A DNA stretch of 64,000 nt, from positions 3,465,702-3,529,701 of the forward strand of contig JASGHU010000001.1 in NCBI GenBank assembly GCA_047602265.1. Direction: 5' to 3'. Shown here in pieces: positions 10,301-18,460 of this stretch (its first letter is position 1; each line of letters starts with the position of its first letter). Source of the stretch: Spongiibacteraceae bacterium (GTDB lineage: Bacteria; Pseudomonadota; Gammaproteobacteria; Pseudomonadales; CAMLJR01). The notes beneath the pieces are model-generated. The model was not told the DNA's origin. It worked only from the letters and a program-made list of their open reading frames with translations, and searched no databases. The position numbers and the translations under genes were made by a program.

Positions 10301-10345
10301 ATTAAAGGTTAGACAATTAAAGGTTTGATAATTAACAGCTCGATA
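10301..10345. repeat. Three degenerate 15-bp tandem units related to the 5496 array
   Basis: ATTAAAGGTTAGACA / ATTAAAGGTTTGATA / ATTAACAGCTCGATA. The first unit matches the reverse complement of the 5496 unit (ATTAGGGGTTAGAAG) at 11 of 15 positions. Confidence 0.6.
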
Positions 10346-10356
10346 ACCTGGGGAAG

Positions 10357-10389
10357 AACGCTGATTCGTAAAATCAGCGTTTATTTTTT
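10357..10389 (+). terminator. Rho-independent terminator of the MCP-NIT pair, overlapping the nikR stop
   Basis: AACGCTGATT-cgtaa-AATCAGCGTT followed by TATTTTTT. Confidence 0.75.
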
Positions 10390-10829
10390 GGAGCGTGCAG
10401 CGGTGGAATCACCGCAGCCATCAACTGCAACCTGCCAGTGATCACGCCGCGCATAGTGATCATCTCGTCGGCGATTTGTTGCAGGCGCAGCACGGGGCCC
10501 TGCACCAGAATCACCTCCATGGTTTGATGATGCATGAGGTGCACATGCAGCGAACTGATAACTTCGTCGATATGTTCGTGCTGTAAATCGGCCAACTGCT
10601 TTTGCAACCCGCGCGTCGAATGGTCATACAACAGCGTGATCGTGCCCGCCATCACCTCATCGCCAAACTCGCGCTTATGCTCGACGACATGCTGATTGAT
10701 CATGTCGCCGATCGCCTGCGAGCGACTTTCGAAACCGCGCCTCTCGACCATTTCATCGAGATCGATCAACAATTCTTCCGGTAACGAAATGCTAATGCGG
10801 CTGACGAGATTTTTTAATTCTTTAGCCAT
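10374..10829 (-). CDS. nikR: Nickel-responsive regulator NikR
   Basis: 151 aa. Ribbon-helix-helix N-terminus (RISISLPEELLIDLDEMVERRGFESRSQAIGDMI) and an ACT-like C-terminal domain with His-rich metal-site residues (HEHIDEVISSLHVHLMHH). Confidence 0.85.
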   Translation of the reverse strand: MAKELKNLVSRISISLPEELLIDLDEMVERRGFESRSQAIGDMINQHVVEHKREFGDEVMAGTITLLYDHSTRGLQKQLADLQHEHIDEVISSLHVHLMHHQTMEVILVQGPVLRLQQIADEMITMRGVITGRLQLMAAVIPPLHAPKNKR

Positions 10830-11166
10830 TGGCTTCTTGGACTCCGTGCCTTGGAGCAGTGAACTGTTATTTTTCGCTTACCAAGTAGCATTTGTTCGTT
10901 TGAACTACTCGGCTCACCAAAGGGGCGAAGGCCGGTGCTTTCCAATGAACCGTTGGCGAAAAATAACAGTCCACGACTCCTTCAAAAACTGCTGCAAACA
11001 TCAATAAAAACCGTATCGATGCATCAAGCGAGGTGGTCGAATATTTTTCGGCCGGACTCCTTGCGAAGCCGAGACAACCCTTGTGTTTGCGGGTTGAATT
11101 TAAAACACCATAGCAACCATTGCTTGCAAGCCGCAAAAATAATCGACTACCTCGCCCACCACAAAA

Positions 11167-12528
11167 CTAAAACATATAGCTATAACGATCGGTCTCCCAT
11201 TGACTCACGCTCAAGTGATATTCCTCCCACTCCAACGTTTTGTATTTGATGAATTCATCGCGCAATTCTTTGCCGAGTACTTTTTCCACGAGTGGATCAG
11301 CAGCGAACGCAGCCACCGCTTCCTGCAAGGTTTGCGGCAGAAATTCGATCCCGCGATCGCGACGTTCGGCATCGCTGATTTCGTACAAGTTATCTTCGTT
11401 CGGCGAACCTGGATCGATACCCTCGCGAATACCTTCCAATCCGGCGGCCAACGCGAGCGTCGCCGCCAAATAGGGATTCACCGCACCATCGGCATTACGT
11501 GATTCACAGCGACCGCCGCCGGCCGGAACGCGTACGGAATTCGTGCGGTTGTTCGAACCGTACGAATTGAATACCGGCGCCCACGAGAAATAGCTCATCG
11601 CACCGCGACGCACCAAGCGCTTGTAGCTATTCACCGTCGGCGCAAACACCGCACACAACGCGCGACCATGTTTGAGAATACCGCCGATAAATTGATAACC
11701 CAGCGGCGTCAAACCGATGCCACGAGGATCATCCTTCGGATCGCAGGCAAATAAATTTTTGCCCGTATCGATGTCGAACAGCGACATATTGAAATGCGCG
11801 CCATTGCCGGTTTTATCGGCAAATGGTTTCGGCATCATCGTCGCGATCAAGCCTTCCTCTTTCGCGTAATGCTTTGCCATGAAGCGGAAGAAGGTGAGGC
11901 GATCGCATGTGGTCAATGCATCGGCATATTGAAAATCGAATTCGTATTGCCCATTGGCATCTTCATGGTCGAAGGAATATAAATCCCAACCAAGATCGTT
12001 GATCGTCGTCGCGACTTTATCGAGCCAGCTGAAACTATCGACAAAACCGCGCACGTCATAACACGGCTTAGTCAATTTGTCGTCGGGATTTGGCACCGCC
12101 AACGTGCCATCTTCATTTTTCTTGAGCAAAAATATTTCGCACTCAATGCCAAGATTAAAGCCGTAGCCGAGTGCCTTCGCTTCGTTCATGACATTTTGCA
12201 AAGCCACGCGCGTATTCAGCGCATACGGTTTTCCCTGAAAATAATTATCCGCGGGAATCCACGCAATTTTCGGCTCCCACGGTAATTGAATCGCGCGATC
12301 GAGATCGGGTACCGAAGTGATTTCGTCATCGTTCGGCGCCTGCCCCAAACCATCGAGCGCGTAACCGGTGTAACGTTCCGAGCCATGCGCCATATGTTCG
12401 AGATGTGCAATCGGCACGACCTTCGCCTTTGGCACGCCATGAATATCGACATAGGCGCCGATGCAATATTTCACGCCTTTTTCTTGCAACTGCTTTTGAA
12501 TGGTTTGAATTTCTGCTGCTGATTTCAT
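11167..12528 (-). CDS. Glutamine-synthetase-family ATP-dependent ligase (type III / gamma-glutamyl-amine synthetase-like)
   Basis: GS catalytic-domain blocks are present: [24 protein letters not shown] and [10 protein letters not shown] prefer the ATG at 12528 (SD GAGG 7 nt upstream) over the GTG at 12552. Confidence 0.85.
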   Translation of the reverse strand: MKSAAEIQTIQKQLQEKGVKYCIGAYVDIHGVPKAKVVPIAHLEHMAHGSERYTGYALDGLGQAPNDDEITSVPDLDRAIQLPWEPKIAWIPADNYFQGKPYALNTRVALQNVMNEAKALGYGFNLGIECEIFLLKKNEDGTLAVPNPDDKLTKPCYDVRGFVDSFSWLDKVATTINDLGWDLYSFDHEDANGQYEFDFQYADALTTCDRLTFFRFMAKHYAKEEGLIATMMPKPFADKTGNGAHFNMSLFDIDTGKNLFACDPKDDPRGIGLTPLGYQFIGGILKHGRALCAVFAPTVNSYKRLVRRGAMSYFSWAPVFNSYGSNNRTNSVRVPAGGGRCESRNADGAVNPYLAATLALAAGLEGIREGIDPGSPNEDNLYEISDAERRDRGIEFLPQTLQEAVAAFAADPLVEKVLGKELRDEFIKYKTLEWEEYHLSVSQWETDRYSYMF

Positions 12529-12655
12529 CGTATACCTCGTCTTCTCAGTCACTCCGTCATCATGCGGCGACCGTGTTTAACACTCTCGACCGTGGTCCGT
12601 TCGGTCATTCGAAATACGAACGTATCGTCACTTTAAAAGTGCTACTTTAAAATCG

Positions 12656-13411
12656 TCACTTAAAATGGGAGTGATCCAGCGGTGGATTTTCACTAACACC
12701 ACGCATGATGAGATCGCTCAAATCCTCAACCATCCACGCAAACCATTCGCGACCTTTATCGGCATTGGCTCGACTTGGAAATCCCGTTACGCCGTTGGTG
12801 CTCGTACGATTCACCGGATGCGCAAACACTAAATTATCGGTGCGATCGGGATCGTCGGCTTCGGTCAGCAATTCGGTGCGCACCATCTGTGGTGCGCGCG
12901 CCAGCATCAATGACGTTTCAGCATCGTTCGCGTGCCAGTCATCACCATCGGCAAAGTGAAACTCACGTACACGTTTTGAGATCGTCGCTGAGTTAAAAAT
13001 TGCCACCATCATGTCGTCGTGCTCGGAACGCAGCATTTCGAGCGCACAACGCAACGGCGCCGCGTTGGTGACATGCGTATTGACGATAAATAAACGGCGC
13101 ACGCCGCTGCGATATGCCCAATCGCCGATTTGTTTAATCAATTCAATCAGCGTGATCGGTTGAATCGCTATCGTGCCGGGCCAGCGTTCGCTGTGCCCGA
13201 GTGAACAGCCATACGGCATCGTCGGCAACATCGGCACTTGTGTTTGTTGCGAAACAGCGCGACACAATTCATCGGCGAGTACGAAATCCATGCCGCACCC
13301 CATGTGCGGGCCATGCTGTTCAGTCGCACCGATCGGTAAAATCGCAGAGTTATTGACTGCGCTTAATTGCGCGGGCAATTCAGCCCAGGTCGATTCAGCC
13401 CACAGCATCAT
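12656..13411 (-). CDS. Creatininase-family metal-dependent amidohydrolase
   Basis: 251 aa. Carries LPIGATEQHGPHM, the FIVNTH block and a DAETS acidic ligand region, as in creatinine amidohydrolase / ArfB / MftE-type enzymes. It starts 15 nt after the ABC ATPase stop. Confidence 0.85.
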   Translation of the reverse strand: MMLWAESTWAELPAQLSAVNNSAILPIGATEQHGPHMGCGMDFVLADELCRAVSQQTQVPMLPTMPYGCSLGHSERWPGTIAIQPITLIELIKQIGDWAYRSGVRRLFIVNTHVTNAAPLRCALEMLRSEHDDMMVAIFNSATISKRVREFHFADGDDWHANDAETSLMLARAPQMVRTELLTEADDPDRTDNLVFAHPVNRTSTNGVTGFPSRANADKGREWFAWMVEDLSDLIMRGVSENPPLDHSHFK

Positions 13412-13426
13412 TTACTCGCTTCAAGA

Positions 13427-14344
13427 TCATTCAATCTCTTCGACATCATCGCCGACACGCACCATGCGGATCATATTCGGCGATACCTTATCGCTTTCAT
13501 CCTCCTCAACCGCGGGTGGATGAATCAACGCTTCGAGACGTGCTTTGGTGGCGAGAAATTCCGGCGATAAATATTGTTCGGAAAAATTGCGCGGACGCGG
13601 TACGGGAACCTCGATCAACTCCTGCACTTCGCCGGGATGTGCCTTCAACACGAGAATGCGATCGGCGAGAAAAATAGCCTCATCCAGATCGTGCGTGATA
13701 AATAAAATCGTGATATCGATATTTTTCCAGATTTCGAGCAGGTGCGATTGCATCTTGCAGCGCGTCTGCGCATCGAGCGCACCGAACGGCTCATCCATCA
13801 ATAAAATACGCGGCTGATTCGCCAGTGCGCGTGCAATAGCCACACGCTGCTTCATGCCGCCGGATAATTGATGCGGATAGGCATCGGCGAATTTCGATAG
13901 ACCAACCAGATCAAGCCACTGCAGCGCCTCGCTTTCGGCAACGCCACCGCGATTGTTCATTTCGAGGCCAAACATCACGTTCTTTTTGACAGTTAGCCAA
14001 GGAAACAGCGTGTAGCCCTGAAACACCATGCCGCGATCGGAACCGGGCGCTGTCACCGCTTTGCCATCGAGCAATACTTCGCCAGAGGTATACGATTCGA
14101 GCCCGGCGAGAATTCGAATTAATGTCGATTTTCCGCAGCCCGATGGGCCGATTACGCAGACGAATTCGCGACGATGCGTTTTGAAATTAATATCGCGAAG
14201 AGCGGTGACTGCGCCTTGAGCACTGTCATACGTTTTGCCGAGATGCTTGACTTCGAGAATCACTTCGCGCTGTTTCAATTTGTCAAAACGCGAACGTACC
14301 GCATCCGATTGTTCGAGATAGCTTGGCAGATTCGTTTCACTCAT
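13427..14344 (-). CDS. ABC transporter ATP-binding protein (NitT/TauT family)
   Basis: Walker [10 protein letters not shown], signature [15 protein letters not shown], Walker [13 protein letters not shown]. Confidence 0.9.
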   Translation of the reverse strand: MSETNLPSYLEQSDAVRSRFDKLKQREVILEVKHLGKTYDSAQGAVTALRDINFKTHRREFVCVIGPSGCGKSTLIRILAGLESYTSGEVLLDGKAVTAPGSDRGMVFQGYTLFPWLTVKKNVMFGLEMNNRGGVAESEALQWLDLVGLSKFADAYPHQLSGGMKQRVAIARALANQPRILLMDEPFGALDAQTRCKMQSHLLEIWKNIDITILFITHDLDEAIFLADRILVLKAHPGEVQELIEVPVPRPRNFSEQYLSPEFLATKARLEALIHPPAVEEDESDKVSPNMIRMVRVGDDVEEIE

Positions 14345-14389
14345 CGCATCAAATCCTGGACAAATTCGCTGGGGCAGACCGTGTTTGCG

Positions 14390-15418
14390 TTACGCTTTAT
14401 TCGGCGAGCGTTCCCACGGGAATAACCATTTCGCCATCCACGACAGCAGCAAATCAGTGACAAGACCGATAATGCCAATAATGATGATGGCGGCATAAAC
14501 ATTCTCGAAATTCTTGTAACGTGCCTGCTGCGTGATAAACCAGGTAATGCCTGAGCTGGTGCCGATCAATTCCGCCACGATTAAATAGGTCCAAGCCCAA
14601 CCCAGCAAAATGCGCTGATCGCGATACAGATCGGGGAGAATCCCAGGAATTACCACGCGAAACAGCAGCTGCATTTTTTTGGCGCCGAGCGTAAGCGCAG
14701 CTTCCAGCAACGAGATATCGAGTTTGCGTGTGGTGTTGGCAATGACCAGCACTTGCTGAAAGAAGGTGCCGATAAAAATGATCGCGATTTTCGGGCCGTC
14801 ATAAATACCGAGAATCGCTACCGCCAACGCACCGAAGGCAGGTGCCGGCAAATAGCGAAAGAATTCGATGAAGGGTTCACTCAAGCGTGAAAATACGGTG
14901 AATGTTCCGCACAAGATGCCGAGTGGCACACCGATGATCGACGATGCAACGAAACCCCAGAAGATAATTTGAATGCTGTGCCACAAACTTTCATGAAGCC
15001 ATTGGCCATCTTTGCGTTCTGGCGCAGTGGTAAATCCGGTATACAGCGCTTTGGCGACCAAATGCGGCGCCGGCAAATAGATTGGATTCGCTGGCGTTCC
15101 CTGCGGTAACTTCTGCCCCGCAGCCTGAGCGGTGGCAGACTCATCGGCGAATACCGATTTTTCAACCAACATGTCGGGAGCAAAATAACTCACATCTCCC
15201 GGCTCGGTGATACGCATCATCGGATGCCATATGAATGGCACGTAACTGACGATGCTCCAGATGAATAACGGCAGTAAAAACGAACCGATCGTGAGTAACA
15301 ATCGCTCGCGCGGCGACAATTCCTTGCGCACCGCGAACCACGATGTTTTTTGAACTGCGGATTTCTTTTGCATCACCGCACCCGTCACGTCTTTCTCGAT
15401 CTGCTCTACTGCCGTCAT
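14390..15418 (-). CDS. ABC transporter permease (NitT/TauT family)
   Basis: 342 aa and polytopic. It has an EAA-like loop (LEAALTLGAKKMQLLFRVVIPGILP). Confidence 0.9.
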   Translation of the reverse strand: MTAVEQIEKDVTGAVMQKKSAVQKTSWFAVRKELSPRERLLLTIGSFLLPLFIWSIVSYVPFIWHPMMRITEPGDVSYFAPDMLVEKSVFADESATAQAAGQKLPQGTPANPIYLPAPHLVAKALYTGFTTAPERKDGQWLHESLWHSIQIIFWGFVASSIIGVPLGILCGTFTVFSRLSEPFIEFFRYLPAPAFGALAVAILGIYDGPKIAIIFIGTFFQQVLVIANTTRKLDISLLEAALTLGAKKMQLLFRVVIPGILPDLYRDQRILLGWAWTYLIVAELIGTSSGITWFITQQARYKNFENVYAAIIIIGIIGLVTDLLLSWMAKWLFPWERSPNKA

Positions 15419-15430
15419 GTCGCAGGTCTC

Positions 15431-16426
15431 TTAAAGACCGGAAGTGAACGAAGGATCGATATAGCTTTCGATCGGCTGTGCAGTTTTATAAACACTGTAT
15501 TTCACGTTGAAGTCGTCGACGATTTTGGTCGAGCCATAGATCGATTTGAAACCTTCGGCTTTGACATAAGCTGCTTTCGCTTCAGGCAGCGTGAGAATTT
15601 TTGTTCCCTTCAACAGCGCATCGTATTCTGCGGCAGGTACACCGACACGCGCAGCCATGATTTTCACGGCATCGGCGTGCGTTTTCGGATCATGGATGTA
15701 ATCGACAACGCGATACCAAACCTTCACGACTTTTTGCCAATCGGCTTTGCGCGCGGCTACACTTGCTGGATTCACCGCGAGCACGTCGTAAATCAAACCG
15801 GGCTCATCCGCCGAGGTGTAAATCGGTTTCGAACCGGGAACGAGTTTCAGCGCCATACCGGAGTTAGGCTGCCACGCACCGATCGCAGCGACACCACCCG
15901 ATGCCAGAACTTGCGGTGTTTCGTTAGTCGGCGAATTGACGAGCTCAACATCGCTCTCTTTCATGCCGGCTTTTTCGAGACCATTGAGCAGCAGCAGGTG
16001 ATCGACAAATCCAACTTCTACGCCCACTTTTTTGCCTTTCAAATCTTTGAGCGATTTGATGCCGGGCTTGCCGACAATCATGTCGTTGCCGTTCGAATAG
16101 TCGTTGATAAGAATCATCACGCTCTTCGCGCCGTTGGCACCGGTGACAAGTGCATCGCCATTGGTAACCGTTACCGCATCGAGTTTTCCTGCAGCGTAGG
16201 CATCCATCGAAGCGACATAATCGAACCACTCGAATTGCACATCGACACCGGCCTCTTTAAACCAGCCTTTCTCGATGGCGACTTGCCAAGCCACCCATCC
16301 CGGCCAATCCGAGTAGCCCACTTTCAATGGTGGCGCCGCGAATGCCGGCAACGCTGCGCTACATAGCAGAGACAAAGCAACACGCTTGAGCCAGCGTGCA
16401 CACACGTTTTTCGTACGTTGTTTCAT
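15431..16426 (-). CDS. ABC transporter periplasmic substrate-binding protein (NitT/TauT family; the type usually found next to urea/guanidine carboxylase genes)
   Basis: Signal peptide ends ...[21 protein letters not shown] prefer the ATG at 16426 (SD GGGAGA); the track ORF extends to the TTG at 16441. Confidence 0.85.
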   Translation of the reverse strand: MKQRTKNVCARWLKRVALSLLCSAALPAFAAPPLKVGYSDWPGWVAWQVAIEKGWFKEAGVDVQFEWFDYVASMDAYAAGKLDAVTVTNGDALVTGANGAKSVMILINDYSNGNDMIVGKPGIKSLKDLKGKKVGVEVGFVDHLLLLNGLEKAGMKESDVELVNSPTNETPQVLASGGVAAIGAWQPNSGMALKLVPGSKPIYTSADEPGLIYDVLAVNPASVAARKADWQKVVKVWYRVVDYIHDPKTHADAVKIMAARVGVPAAEYDALLKGTKILTLPEAKAAYVKAEGFKSIYGSTKIVDDFNVKYSVYKTAQPIESYIDPSFTSGL

Positions 16427-16514
16427 TGCGGGTTCTCCCAAAGGTCACGTTCACTGCTTGTTTTCAACAACTGGTTTCGAGTATTACGATTTGATCTTGC
16501 CGTAATACCGTGTG

Positions 16515-16530
16515 AGCAACCCCCATGCCA
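16515..16530 (-). promoter_or_regulatory. Sigma-54 -24/-12 promoter for the ABC transporter operon
   Basis: The minus strand reads TGGCATGGGGGTTGCT (GG-N10-GC, TTGCT -12 block), about 90 nt upstream of the ATG at 16426. Confidence 0.6.
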
Positions 16531-16615
16531 GCGATAAAAAATCCCGAAACATCAACAGCCCAACTGTTTTCTCACGCGACTACAGATGGAAAAGCAACGT
16601 GATTGCGCTCCAAAA

Positions 16616-16652
16616 CAATGCAAGACGCTTTGTTTTGGAGCGGAAAAAAAGG
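16616..16652. promoter_or_regulatory. 13-bp-arm inverted repeat, a candidate enhancer-binding-protein site (UAS)
   Basis: CGCTCCAAAACAA-11 nt-TTGTTTTGGAGCG, located 90-135 bp upstream of the sigma-54 -24 element. Confidence 0.35.
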
Positions 16653-16734
16653 TTTGCCAGAAAAAAAAACTTGGGTTAGCCTGAAAAAAGACAGCGATAA
16701 CTGCAGTGTTTTATCGCCTGTTTGGAGTAAGCAA

Positions 16735-16882
16735 TGGACGACTAGGGTTCCGGTTTTCTAAGCAGCCACATCGATTGAGGTGCAGCGAAAACGGCAGGTC
16801 CGAGAGTTGTCGACCTCATCGAACCGATCTTGCCAATTTGTTCGCGAGGTTACACGGCGGGATAAAAGCCCGGGAGATTTTG
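16735..16882 (+). promoter_or_regulatory. Guanidine-I riboswitch (ykkC-yxkD motif)
   Basis: The invariant blocks appear in the right order: ACTAGGGTTCCGG ... GGTCCGAGAG ... ACACGGCGGGATAAAAGCCCGGGAGA. It sits about 125 nt upstream of the first DUF1989 gene. Confidence 0.85.
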
Positions 16883-17005
16883 ATAACGCACGCGCTCGTT
16901 TGACGACACGTAAACGAAGTTGTGTTATCCGAATTAACGCATCGCTGACGATGCACGTGTTAACCGAGCCATGTATTCGTATCGAAAGACGAATCGAATT
17001 GGGAG

Positions 17006-17818
17006 ATGGGTATGCCTCACAACGAATCCTTAAACAAATCTTTATTCGCATCGACGAAACCTCTCTATCGCGACGAAATCGAAGGCGGTAAGCACTGGTC
17101 TTTCGTAATCAAGCGCGATCACGTCCTACGCATTATCGACAAAGACGGCGGTGCCAATGTCGGCATGCTGTTTTACAACCCGCTCAATCCGCTCGAACGC
17201 TACAACGCACCCGATACGCTGAAATGTCAGCACACGTTCAAGCTCACCAAAGGGCATTGCCTGTATTCGGATATGGGCCGCATTTTTTGTTCTATCGTCG
17301 ACGACACTTGCGGCTGGCATGACACCGTCGCCGGCACCAGCAATAAAGCGCTCGTAAAAAATCGCTGGGGCGAACACAACTATCAACAATTTCGCAACGA
17401 CTGGTACTTAAATGGGTATGACAGCTTTCTCGTCGAACTCGCCAAATACGGTTTGGGAAGAAAAGATTTAGCGGCCAACGTCAATTGGTTCAGTAAGGTC
17501 GCGGTCGACGACGCGGGCAATTTTCAGTATGACGAAAGCCACAGCAAAGCCGGCAATTATGTCGACCTGCGTTTTGAGATGGATACGCTGGTGATTTTCA
17601 ACACCTGCCCACATCCGCTCAATAAATCCAGCGAATATCCACGCAAATCGATCATCTACGAATTTTACGAAGCAGCGCCGCGCGCCGCCGACGATTTCTG
17701 CGAGCACTCGTGCTGCGAGAACGAACGCGGATTTAAAAATAATGCGCTCTACCATCTTCAAGCGACAGGCGCATTTCCTATTTTCAAAAACCAGAATGGC
17801 TTCGGAGGTGCGCAATGA
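17006..17818 (+). CDS. DUF1989 'urea-carboxylase-associated' protein, probable carboxyguanidine deiminase subunit (CgdA/B type)
   Basis: 270 aa and a paralogue of the next gene. It sits between the riboswitch and the carboxylase. The start could be 17012. Confidence 0.8.
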   Translation: MGMPHNESLNKSLFASTKPLYRDEIEGGKHWSFVIKRDHVLRIIDKDGGANVGMLFYNPLNPLERYNAPDTLKCQHTFKLTKGHCLYSDMGRIFCSIVDDTCGWHDTVAGTSNKALVKNRWGEHNYQQFRNDWYLNGYDSFLVELAKYGLGRKDLAANVNWFSKVAVDDAGNFQYDESHSKAGNYVDLRFEMDTLVIFNTCPHPLNKSSEYPRKSIIYEFYEAAPRAADDFCEHSCCENERGFKNNALYHLQATGAFPIFKNQNGFGGAQ

Positions 17819-18450
17819 TACTCTCAAGCCAACTCGCACCCGAAGCAGCAACGTATCGCAAAGTCATTCCAGCCGGCGATTACTGGATGCACGTGATCAA
17901 GAAAGGTCAGGTATTGCGCATTCTCGATCTCGAAGGCAATCAGGCGGCGGACACACTGTTTTATTCGGCTGCTGATCCCGGCGAACGCTACTCTGCTGTC
18001 GACACCATTCGCGAACAAGGCAATGTGTATTTAACCGCGGGCACGAAATTATTATCGAACGAAGGCAATGTGCTGCTCGAAATCGTCGCCGATACCTGCG
18101 GCAGACACGACACCCTCGGCGGCGCGTGCGCAACCGAATCGAATACCGTGCGTTACGCACTCGAAAAGAAATGCATGCATGCGTGTCGCGATAGCTGGAT
18201 GCTCGCCGTTGCCGAAAACGAAAAATTCGGCATGACCAAGCGCGACATTACCCACAACATCAATTTCTTCATGAACGTGCCGGTAACACCCGAAGGCGGT
18301 TTGACGTTCGCCGACGGTATTTCCGAAGCCGGAAAATACGTTGAATTAAAAGCCGAGATGGATGTGATCGCGCTGCTGTCGAATTGCCCGCAGCTGAACA
18401 ATCCATGCAATGCATACAACCCAACACCGATTGAAGTGTTGATTTGGTGA
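17815..18450 (+). CDS. DUF1989 'urea-carboxylase-associated' protein, second probable carboxyguanidine deiminase subunit
   Basis: 211 aa. ATGA start/stop overlap with the previous gene. The two share the motif pattern ([20 protein letters not shown] versus [20 protein letters not shown]). Confidence 0.8.
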   Translation: MILSSQLAPEAATYRKVIPAGDYWMHVIKKGQVLRILDLEGNQAADTLFYSAADPGERYSAVDTIREQGNVYLTAGTKLLSNEGNVLLEIVADTCGRHDTLGGACATESNTVRYALEKKCMHACRDSWMLAVAENEKFGMTKRDITHNINFFMNVPVTPEGGLTFADGISEAGKYVELKAEMDVIALLSNCPQLNNPCNAYNPTPIEVLIW

Positions 18451-18460
18451 GGGTGACAAT

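Noticed and set aside
10867-11249. ORFs of 89-104 aa in the nikR upstream spacer (10867-11136 minus, 10935-11249 plus, 10696-11007 plus)
   Set aside because: They overlap each other and flanking genes, and have no motifs or ribosome-binding sites. I treat the region as non-coding.
15350-16366. 338-aa plus-strand ORF
   Set aside because: It is entirely antisense to the well-supported substrate-binding protein gene. Its composition is Arg/His/Phe-rich and low-complexity, as expected from reading a codon-biased gene backwards, and it has no recognisable motifs.
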